A stretch of DNA of 59,660 bases, the filler included, from Porpidia crustulata (lineage: Eukaryota), in assembly GCA_964255105.1 (NCBI GenBank). It is 9 parts of 9 records of this genome, joined end to end, with 100 filler letters (N's around TTAATTAATTAA, not from the genome) between each part and the next. Parts side by side here need not be neighbours in the genome. Positions count along the whole stretch, not along the records: positions 19,965 to 26,508 come from CAXUWE010001512.1; positions 26,609 to 33,146 come from CAXUWE010001513.1; positions 33,247 to 39,780 come from CAXUWE010001514.1; 6 more parts are not named here. The stretch is one strand, 5' to 3'. Position numbers and translations under genes: made by a program. Numbering within the stretch: position 1 is the first letter of the stretch; each line of letters opens with the position of its first letter. This document shows, piece after piece, positions 24,787-34,807 of the stretch. The notes under the pieces are model-generated. The model was not told where the DNA came from and did no database searches. It saw only the letters and a program-made list of their open reading frames with translations.

Positions 24787-25474
24787 CCTCAAGGACTGCC
24801 CGGGTTCAAGCAGCATCATGGATCTGTCTTCTTCTTGCATCTTCACATCTAGGGCCTCTTTAGGTGTTAAAAGCCAAAAGTCCTCCCATTTCGGTTCATA
24901 TCTCGGAGTCGCGGTGGACAGGTGTTCGACGACAGCCGCTTCTTTGCAAGCTCCAACTTCACTTTCTTTGTAATCCTACATTTCCATGACGCAGCGGATT
25001 TACCTTCTTAGATACCACGATACAATTTTTATGGTTAACGACGTGGCTCGGCCCATACTCGATTTGCGGCTTTCTTGCAAAAAACCAACTGGGGCTTCGG
25101 AGAACTGGATGGATCACAGGTTCCTGTTGGGCTGTTACAAAGTATTTCGGAGGAAAGGTATTAGGGTATGTGATATCATAAGTGGCATAGATGGATAGAT
25201 AGCAGGTATATATCGGGACTAATAGTTGAGCTTCGGCTTCTGTAACGTCTGACGCTTGAAAGTGCTACTTGCCAGTGTGGTGCGAGATTCCGAGATTCGA
25301 GACTCCTGTGTCCTGCAATTGATCACATGATATAGCCCTTGACTTTGGCCTACGGAGGTAAGGTAACTCCGCTTTGTGAACTACTGACTCTGGCTGTGGG
25401 ATTTACGTCTACCAAGAGGAACAGTATGTGATATAGTACAGTGCCCTCTTCCAGGGCCCCCTCATCACAGTTCC

Positions 25475-26508
25475 ATGGACACTAAACCCCACGAAGTAGC
25501 CATCTCACCCGCCTCCAGCTCGCGGACGGCCAAGCTTCAACTACCAGCAAGCTGTGACCCGCCGGGCCCTCAAAACCCACCCAAGCAGCTCGTATGGGTT
25601 GTAAGTCGGGCAGTCCCTAACATTCTCTCTTGGGTGCTAACAACAGACCTCACATCCAGGTCTTCGGCGCCACCGGCCACATGGGCCGTTCTGTCGTCAA
25701 AGCAGCCCTCGCCAATAATGACCTGGTGACTGCAGTTGGCCAAACCTTCGTTGACAAGCTCTCCTGCATGCAAAACTGGCACCCACAGTCCCGCTGCCTC
25801 GGCCTCCTCTGCGACGTGCGAGTGCGCGAGACCGTCGCCGCCGTCCTCGATACTTCCATCGCCCACTGGGACCGTGTCGACGTCATCGCCAACTGCTCCG
25901 GCCACGGCGTCATCGGCGCCTGCGAGGACCAGGACGACGCCGACATCCGCAACCAATTCGAGACCAACGTCTGGGGCACCCTGCACATCCTACAACTATC
26001 ACTGCCCTACTTCCGCCGCCGCCGCTCCGGCCGCTACCTCATCTTCAGCAGCACCAGCGGCGCCCTCGGCGTGCCCGGGCTCGGGCCCTACTGCGCCACC
26101 AAGTACGCCGTCGAGGGCCTGGTCGAGAGCATGCTGTACGAGGTCGACGCCTTCGGCATCAAGGCCACGCTGGTCGAGCCCGGGCACGTGCGCCGCGACG
26201 ACCGCCACGACGACGCCAAGGCCGCGCCCCTGCCCCGCTTCGGCCATTTCAGCATCAAGCCGGCCAGCGCGCCGTACGCGGGGCCGACGGCGCCGGCGGG
26301 ACATGCGAAGCGCATGGTGCGCTGGCTCGGGGAGCGGCAGCCGACGAGCGCGGTCAGGAGCGCCGAATTGGTGTGGGGGTTGGCGCATTGCAGCTTCCCG
26401 CCGCTGAGGCTGCTGCTCGGGAGCTATGCGGTGGAGAGCGTGCGGGATCGGTTGAGGAGTGTTATTGAGGAGATTGAGGATTGGAAACATTTGAATTTTG
26501 GGGTGGCG
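25475..26508 (+). CDS. Short-chain dehydrogenase/reductase, 3'-partial
   Basis: LVWV|VFGATGHMGR (Rossmann), CDVR, FETNVWG, FSSTSG, YCATK (YxxxK), VEPG. Confidence 0.9.
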
Positions 26509-26608
26509 NNNNNNNNNNNNNNNNNNNNNNNNNNNNNNNNNNNNNNNNNNNNTTAATTAATTAANNNNNNNNNNNNNNNNNNNNNNNNNNNNNNNNNNNN
26601 NNNNNNNN

Positions 26609-26802
26609 GAGGAGGAGGTGAGGAGGATGTAGGGGGAGTTTTCGATGGGGTTTTCGGTGTATTCCCAGTCGAGGAGGAGTAGGAAGGCTCGGTTTAAGAC
26701 CTGGAGGTTTTTAGTGTTTGTGGATGTTAGGGAAATCGGGGTGAGAGAAAGGACCTTGATATCTGCACTGGCGGTGACGAATACGGGGAATTTAGTAGCC
26801 AT
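26609..26802 (-). CDS. 5' fragment of a hypothetical protein truncated by the contig end
   Basis: ATG-initiated open frame MATKFPVFVTASADIKVL... running into the spacer; no family recognised. Confidence 0.35.
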
Positions 26803-27862
26803 TGATAGAATGACTCTGTTCGTCTGTAGGGTTTAATAGACGGTTGAGCCAGAACGGCGTTCAACGATTGTTAAAGAGACAAACGACCCCCAGCAGCCCA
26901 CCAGGCTCCTACTTGTAAGATGACATCAGTGATATAGGCAGCAGTGCGTAGATTGTCTTGATAATTGGTCGGCGGAGGCATGCTGGGCTGTACGTATACA
27001 TTGATGACAGGAGCATGAAAAGCGGTGAAGAACAGTGCTAGGATTGACAAGACTGCCTGTTTTAGAGCTGATAGACATAGATATTTTGGTTGTCAGCGAT
27101 GTTCGACGATATTAGTCGATCGTCAAGTCGCATTTATAGGCTAGAGGCCCTGCAGAATCTTTGTTTGAGAGTAGTTGCATAGATATATCGTCTTCTAGAG
27201 CCAAGTGTCGTTGGTGTTATCGCCTAGCAAGGCTGAATTCAACACGCTAGTCTTTTCTAGCTCGCTAGCCGATTTTATAGCAACTCTATATCATAAAGGA
27301 CAATGGTAGTAAACCTTGAATCTTAATCGAGGAGGAGTATGGACTGTTACCTCACAGACTCCAATGAAAATAGTCGATGTGATGTTTGACCTACCAAGCA
27401 TTACTTTCGACTTTTTGTCGCGTTTCTTTGTCGTCTTCTGTTTCTTCTCTATCGATTGCTGCGGTCATTGAGTAAAAGGGGATCGCAATGATGCCAACTG
27501 TCATCCTCATAGTCTGCTACATAGGAGAAGTAGCGTCGATATCGCCTTTCTGACCTCGCTTGTGTCTAACCGACTCGGATGGCTATCGACAGAAACTGTC
27601 GCGTATTCAACCGCGCCCAATTATTATTCTACCTTTCCCGACCCGCGTCGATAGGTTAAGCGGTAGGAGTCGCTTTTTCCCCATTGCCATCGTAGGCTGT
27701 CAAAGATGGAGCTCTAGAAAAGCAGCAAGCGCAACGCACGGTTCTTCCAGGGACGGATGCGAACGCCAATACTGCTATGTTTATGAGAATACGTGAACGT
27801 GCTCTTTTCATCCGAGAAGCAAAGCTTGAAGCTTTGCATCAAGACTAGAGAATATACCCAAT

Positions 27863-29068
27863 ATGCTATTATCATCTACATCCTACCTACCGCTCTCTTT
27901 CTTCATGATTTTCCAGATCCCAACAGATGCCCTGCAAATTCCACAAAATACAAATTTCCGGTTGACAAAGGCTCCAATACCTCCCTCACTCAATATTTCT
28001 TGGTCTTCTAATGGTCAAATATCTGCCCCGGCAAGTAAGACATCGTTGAATGCTTCGAACGACATCTACTGCAGCGAGGGATACGGCATCGACCTAAGTT
28101 TAGACAGCTGTCGGGACGCCATCGGACAGATACCTCGAGACCGAAAAATCATTCATCTGGGAGAGCGTCATGAAGGTCTTTACGATTTGAATCTGCCCCA
28201 TAGGTTTGTCAGTGGTCAGTGAAGTGCAGGCTCAGTCTTCTAGACTGTTCACCTAGAGGTACATGTACAATTATCTAACACCAGTAGCAGGAGACGGCAC
28301 TTGCGTGATTGAGATAAGAGCATATTCATCGCATGAGCTTTATATTAGCCTGGATGAAATTCACGAAGCTGCATCGGACATCTATTCTGCTTGTGTAGTC
28401 GGTTCGCCTGGGTTGGGACCTCACATCGGCGGAGAAACAGAAATAAGTGCGTACATTCTATCAGTCAGAGCGTCGGTGGGAGGCTTTGAAAAAACTTACA
28501 ATCTAAACACTCTACAGAACACTTGTATGTCACGCTTAACCGCTATGACCCAAGCAACTTGGAATGCAGCAGCATCCAAGTAGCTCCACCGCCTAAACTC
28601 TGCGACGTAATCCTAGGAGATATGAAAGTAAACAGCAGGGAGGCCGTTTTTGGTAGACGCGGTCAGCCGTATGTAACGGAGATTCTCCCGCAGAAAATTA
28701 CTGCTGGTATGTATACATCCTGTTGGAATTTTCAACCAAGTTTAGAAAAAAATCTTCATTTATTTCCCCTTCAATGTTTGTAGGTCGCTGACACAATTCC
28801 TGCGCGGCAAGGGTACGACTTCCGTCCCCACTGTACTTACAAATTCGGTACTAAAGGTATATCGGACCTGTTTACCTGGTATGGATTTTGGGCCAACGCG
28901 GTGGCGATCAATGCGATATGCCATAGATCTGGAAGGACAGGTAGAGCGACTAATCTTGGTAAGTGGACAAGATCTTTAATATTGCCAAAGTCTACGTTGA
29001 AGTAAAATTGACTGAGTTTGGCAGGGAAGGGAGGGCAGCTTATTGTCGAGTCTAAAGTCGAGATTTAG
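27863..29068 (+). CDS. Secreted Cys-containing protein with two tandem ~120-aa repeats (possible KP4/Ecp2-like fold); five exons: 27863-28214, 28291-28446, 28518-28706, 28812-~28957, ~29025-29068
   Basis: Hydrophobic N-terminus; repeat 1 YCSEGYG..SCRDAI..LPHRFVS|GDGTCVIEI..AASDIYSACV..GG; repeat 2 ECS..LCDVIL..LPQKITA|G..HC..ANAVAINAIC..G; all introns GT-AG, phase 1. Confidence 0.75.
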
Positions 29069-29620
29069 TGATGACATACTGTCCCGGGCGAAAAGAGGAG
29101 AGTGTACAGGGATAAGGGGACCGATGAAATTGAGGGAAGACAACGAGAAAAGAAGGGGGTAGGCTTTGGCCCCTCTCGCGACTGCTGATCTGTGCAGTAC
29201 AATCTTTCGTTGAAGTAGAAGCTCGCTGAACCATGGACGGGATTACTCGATTGTACGACCAACTTCAACCCATCCTTTTGCAGACTCAACGCCGAGCCAC
29301 GAAACACGACAGATACAGTTTTCAGATTTCTACTGCACCACTTACGCTCTGCGTTGCAAAAGTCTACAGGATCAATACGTATTTGCTCTCGATAGCCTCA
29401 CGTCTTGAAGCAATATCGTCGACAGATGTGAGGCTCAGTACCTAGACCAATTCTAATAAGACAAGAGAAGCGGAAGTTCTCGGCGCCCGGACAAAAACCT
29501 GCCATGCGAAGTTGTTCCTCTTTCGCCTCTTTCCTATTGAGAACTTCTCTCCTAGATCCATGAACGAGCCGCTTTTCCCATTTTTTTCAAGCGGCGGACG
29601 CATCTTTTCTTTCACTCACT

Positions 29621-29720
29621 NNNNNNNNNNNNNNNNNNNNNNNNNNNNNNNNNNNNNNNNNNNNNNNNNNNNNNNNNNNNNNNNNNNNNNNNNNNNNNNN
29701 NNNNNNNNNNNNNNNNNNNN
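29621..29720. other. Internal scaffold gap (100 N, no TTAA spacer)
   Basis: Pure N run that differs from the contig spacers and abuts a tandem repeat. Confidence 0.95.
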
Positions 29721-29830
29721 CTTCCACCTACTCTTCCACCTACTCTTCCACCTACTCTTCCACCTACTCTTCCACCTACTCTTCCACTTGCTCTTCCACT
29801 TACTCTTCCACCTTCCCTTCCACCTATCCT
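29721..29830 (+). repeat. 12-bp minisatellite (CTCTTCCACCTA)n, degenerating to the right and truncated by the gap
   Basis: About five perfect and three to four degenerate units visible. Confidence 0.92.
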
Positions 29831-30462
29831 TTCACCTCCTCGCAACCCACCCGCGCCATAGTCCTTCAATCTCTCCCTCCTCCTTTCCCATAATCATGCA
29901 GAGAAACAGGTTGATGGGATCCATCCCCATAATCGTCTCCAGGGAAACCTATCCTTTTGCTCGCAGTTGAAGTTTTCGTTGTAGTAGTGAGTATGGGTTC
30001 GGGTGAGTCAAGGAAGAGGAAGTTTTGCGGATGCCAGGACGGAGGGTCCAGAGATCGCCCAGGCTAAGGATGACGATGTAGTAAAGGCGAAACCATGGTA
30101 AGAGTTTCTGGAAGGGTTAATGGTACGAGTAGGGTACCGTCAAGCATGTTCGGTTGGCCATCATCCCCCCATCTCGTACCTTAATCTCCATTTACTTTTC
30201 TTCATCAAACAATTTGTTACGACCAAACATATATTGACTGTAAAATAGAACCAGATTTGAACGACTTGAGATTTCGTCTTTTGAGGTGCATACCTCTACT
30301 TTTCAATTCTATAACCCCACCAGCACAACCGAATCCACCTCCCCAGACCAAGTTTTGACACTTGATAAAAATTCCAGGAATATGTAAGTCATATCCTTTC
30401 CTAATGACCCAGACTGTGGACTGACACATTCAGACAAATCCTTCAAATTCTACCGAAAAATA

Positions 30463-30834
30463 ATGGCCGCTCCGATCATCCCCAGCCGTAAGTCTTCATC
30501 CCGATAACGATACCCATTCCTAACATTTCCTTCAGTTCTCACTACTTTCGTATACCCTGCTGCATGGACAGTAGTCGGAATCATTGGAAACGCCTACATT
30601 CTGGGTGGACAGTTGAAGGATTTGGGGGACCAGGTGAAGGATATGGGAAACCAGGTTCGGGCTATTGGCCAAGAGCTCAAGAACCTGAGTGTCGAGATCA
30701 AGGATGTCGAGGGCGATATGAAAGGCCTCAAGGGCGACGTGAAAGGCCTCATTGCCCAGCAAGCCGCTCGGCAAGCTACCATGTCCATGGCAGAGAAATT
30801 GGTCAGGGACGGTGACAAGAAGAGAAGGGCGTAA
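30463..30834 (+). CDS. Small (~107 aa) orphan protein: N-terminal hydrophobic helix + seven-heptad coiled coil + basic tail; two exons
   Basis: MAAPIIPS, intron GTAAGT..CTAAC..CAG, then LLTTFVYPAAWTVVGIIGNAYILGGQ LKDLGDQ VKDMGNQ VRAIGQE LKNLSVE IKDVEGD MKGLKGD VKGLIAQ..KKRRA. Confidence 0.7.
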
Positions 30835-31599
30835 GAGGTGCGGAGAATTCGACTCCTAGGATTTGCTTTGGTTTGGTTTGCTTTTGCTTGGTTGGGCTTC
30901 TATTTGCTTGAAATAGCGTATACCCCACAGACTTGATTGGATTGGTAAAAAGGTATATGCGGCAATGGGAGTTCCTATCGAACTGTTGGAGTTGGGGGAG
31001 TGGGCAATCTCCGCCATATCCTTTTCTTTTGGATAACCACACGGATAGTAAAGAAATTCATACCGCAAAATTCGATCTCTATCAACATAAATCAGATTTA
31101 ATAATTAATTTCAAGAAGAATTTTCGATGACTCTACGTAGTCTGACAGTGTGTTTTTATTGTTGTTATCTCGATTTTTGCGTTCATCATAAATTGATTTT
31201 GTAGCGTTCAGATGATGTGTTCTGTAGACACGGTACTCGTACATTTGACGAGAATCGAGTTCTGCAATATACGTTTTTTTGCCCCCGCGTGATAGCTGCT
31301 AGCAATAACATCATCGACGTAAATTCTATCTGATATATTAATACAAACGTTAAGCCAAAGAACAGCTATGGTAACGACTGATGTAGGTTAGCAAGACACT
31401 TTTAATTAGTTTTAACAAGATCCTACCACGTAGAAGTATTTTCAATTCTTATTCAGAAGAAAGAGCGTTATATTTTTAGTCTTATGCCGCAAACCCGTAT
31501 TGCAAAAATCGCTTTGTCAAGTGTTTCACACGTTTGCAAAAGCTACGACTATCATTGCACAAGATACAATATCTAGCGAATCAGGAAACCCAGAAGAAA

Positions 31600-33146
31600 A
31601 TGCTAAAGTACACCTCCATTTCCGCTTTATTAAGCATGGCTCAAATTTCTACTTCGCGTTATCTAATGTACCTCACCGGGTCAGTGATTCTTGAGTCTTG
31701 CTCCTAAAGCCTGCCTACTTAAACTGCGTCAGACAGCATGTTCTAATACCAGAGAAGCCGCTGGTCTCTGACGTGACACATGTGGCTTTGGCTTTTATGA
31801 GCCCGGGGATATTCACCCAGGCGCAACCAACATCGTGGCCGCTTTTCACGTCGGTGGAGAAAGTGCGGTCACGGTTTGCGGCGGGGACAGCTGTTATGGT
31901 ATGCATTTTCAGCGGATTACTTTCTAATATTGACTGCAATTTGGGTTTTCTATCTTTATGTTCGAACCTCAACATGTTTTCGCGCTTTTGCTGTTATACT
32001 TGATTTGTTTCTGTCTTTCTATCTCTATACTGATACGTTTTCACTCCCTCAATTGCATACGTACCGTGTCCTGTTATTCATAAAAATGATTTTCATCATG
32101 ATGAAACTCTGCTTCTCGATTTCTCAAAGCGTGTTTTAGAAGACGATCTAATAGGTAGTACTTTCGATCACATAAGTAACTCGGAGGCTGATGGACAGAA
32201 CGTTCATTGATTCCAACATATGCGCAGGTAGCTATTGGGGGCTGGGGCGATACTGCTGGCTTCGAAGTAGCAGCAGCAACGGATATTACTCGTAGGCATT
32301 TCGCACAGAATGTAAAGAAAATGGTGGACGCCACTGGCGCTGATGGTAAGACGAATTGTTGCAACATCCAGGCTTTGAAGTCTTTAATATTGAAGCAGGT
32401 GTCGACATTGATTGGGAATACCCAGGGTCAGTGACATTTCCTCACTCCGAATCATACTGCTCATTGCCCGAGCCGTAAATGCAGTCCTAATATCCAGACA
32501 GTGGGAATGGAGAGGACTACAAGCAGCATCCCAACGCAGCAAAAGCTTGGCAGATCGCCGCCTACCCAATCCTGCTTTCCGAGATTCGGTCTGCCCTCGG
32601 GCCAGAGAAGATCATCTCCGCCGCAGTACCCGGCCTCCGAAGAGATATGCTGGCCTTCACCAATGACACAATCCCAGCAATCAGTCAATCTCTAGACTTC
32701 TTCAACGTCATGACTTACGACCTGATGAACCGAAGGGATAACGTCACCAAACATCACACCGGCATTGAATCATCCCTGGATTCCATCAGTGCGTACGAGG
32801 AACGAGGCCTTGCCTGCGAAAAGATGAATCTCGGTTTCGCATTCTACATCAAGTGGTTCAAGACCGATCCGGCCGGCGGCTGCGACAAGAATCCTGTTGG
32901 CTGCAAGACGGCGCTGATGGAGGATCCGGTCACAGGTGCGGACTTGGGTAAAGCTGGCGCTTTTGCTTGGCATGATACTGTCCCTGAAGAATTGTCGGCG
33001 TCTTACAAGCGGTGAGCTCATTCCGAGCCGATCTAGTCTTCTCGCTTCTCGCTTCTCGCTTCTCCGTCGCAAACCCTGTTTCGAGAATCCAAATCGTTCT
33101 CAAACATGCCCAAATCACCCTCAACACCCCCTTCCCTTTCCCAGCC
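31600..33146 (+). CDS. Secreted GH18 chitinase, multi-exon, 3'-partial
   Basis: Signal-like MLKYTSISALLSMAQ; VTHVALAF, VAIGGWG, catalytic AD|GVDIDWEYP (DxxDxDxE), FFNVMTYDL, KMNLGFAFY. Confidence 0.92.
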
Positions 33147-33246
33147 NNNNNNNNNNNNNNNNNNNNNNNNNNNNNNNNNNNNNNNNNNNNTTAATTAATT
33201 AANNNNNNNNNNNNNNNNNNNNNNNNNNNNNNNNNNNNNNNNNNNN

Positions 33247-34078
33247 TTCCGATACCGCTTCAGCGCACACGCCTCGCAGAAGTAATGTCCACACTTCGTG
33301 ATGATAGGGTCAGTGTACGGTTTCTTACATAAAATGCACGCAAACGGCACGCCCTCGAGCGCCGCGTCTTCGTCATCGGAACCCGCGTCCTCCGCCGCAC
33401 CGGCCTTATTCCAGGGCTTTTTCTGCTGCTTCTTCTTGTGGCCCTTGGAGCCGATTTCCCAGTCGCGGTCGAGTTCCCAGCCTTGCTTGTAGTCCTCGCG
33501 GGCGTGGAGGAACTTGCAGCTGTCGCCGAAGCCGCAGAAGCCGGTTTGCTTGTAGTCTTTGCAGACGTCCGGGGCGAAGTCGGTGACGGTGATGGTACGG
33601 ATGTTTGTGGGCGCTTTGACGGGGCCGACAGGTTTGGAGGGGGCGTTGGGGTTCTTTTGGATGAAGGTTTGGTAGTTGGATGCGCCTTTGTAGGTGCCGT
33701 CGTTTTCGGCATCGTCGATAGTATCGGGGCGGGCACGTGTGGTGCCTAGGAGGGATTTGGCGGCGAAGCGATCTTTGCTGGATTCTTCAAACCAGTTGGA
33801 CTGCTTCGTTGCGTCGTTGGTGAGTTGGATTTGGGACGAGCGGTCGGCGGCGAATTTGGCTTAGGGGCGTTATTCAAGGCGGTGGTTATGCCTACGGTCT
33901 TTCGCTGTCGTTTAATTCGGCGGCCTTCTTCATCTTCGGAGCTGTAGGAGGAGGAATCAGAGGCGGCGGGAGAGGGCGTTGCAGGGCGTTTGCGGAGATT
34001 GGACTTCTTGGGCCCTCGCTTTTTGAATAGAGGTTGTGCATCTACGAGTGCATCTTCTGTGACTGTACTTGCGTCCAT
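33247..34078 (-). CDS. CWC24: Pre-mRNA splicing factor Cwc24 (CCCH + RING), 3'-partial, with an apparent frameshift near 33860
   Basis: N-terminus FKKRG..NLRKRPATP..SSEDEEG; second frame GPVKAPTNIRTITVTDFAPDVCKDYKQTGFCGFGDSCKFLHAREDYKQGWELD..PFACILCKKPYTDPIITKCGHYFCEACAL. Confidence 0.9.
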
Positions 34079-34807
34079 GGTGGCATACGAATAAATAAAA
34101 GCCAATGTGCGAAAGTCCTCAAGCTTGATCACTGACAAGGATTATATATGATCTTCTGTAGGGATGACGACGGATGGAAACTGAGACGAGATTATATAAG
34201 CAAGATTCATTTCCATAAGAGGTTGGAAGCCAGCGTTTTCGCCCCCGGCCCTTGACTCTTTGGAGCCATGGTGAAGATAGGCCGATGCGACATGTCTCCC
34301 AGTCACCGTACGATAGGCCTTGATTGACCGTATACGCAATCTCTGTGCCGGTTCTTAGTACATCGCGTAGCTATTTACAGGGCTACAACAGGGATACTGG
34401 AGACCCCTGAAGGTCTTTGACATCCGCCAAGCCACAACAAACTTATTCTCTGAGTAAACACTCGAGACACTCACGCATCATCCTCCGACTTCACTCGTTA
34501 CGGTTTATGAATCAACGAACACATCTAATTACTAATCTTGAGATACTAAGATTAATTCGATAACCATTGCTGCTGCATGCTGCACGCTGCAACATCGACA
34601 CGCGTGCTGTAACCCCGCGCATCCGGAGACGAGACCCAAGCGGGCATATATCTACATAACATTCCTGGCCGTCGCCAGTCGCAACCGATTCGTCAGTGAA
34701 TCGTAAAGCTTCAACGACATTGAAGCCGGTAATGCTTTGGACTTCGTAGTTCAAACAGCAACGGACGTAGGAGAAAGTACTATTCAAAGACTGGCAGCAC
34801 TGAGGGA

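Noticed and set aside
24787..25260. Pumilio autoregulation through its own 3'UTR
   Set aside because: No UGUANAUA element found by eye downstream of the stop
25570..26490. Multiple long overlapping and antisense ORFs over the SDR gene (likewise over GCP3, CWC24 and PHO8)
   Set aside because: Expected shadows of very GC-rich codon usage; only one frame has family motifs
29512..29970. ORFs with (LLFH)n or (GGRV)n repeats
   Set aside because: Translations of the 12-bp minisatellite running through an N gap
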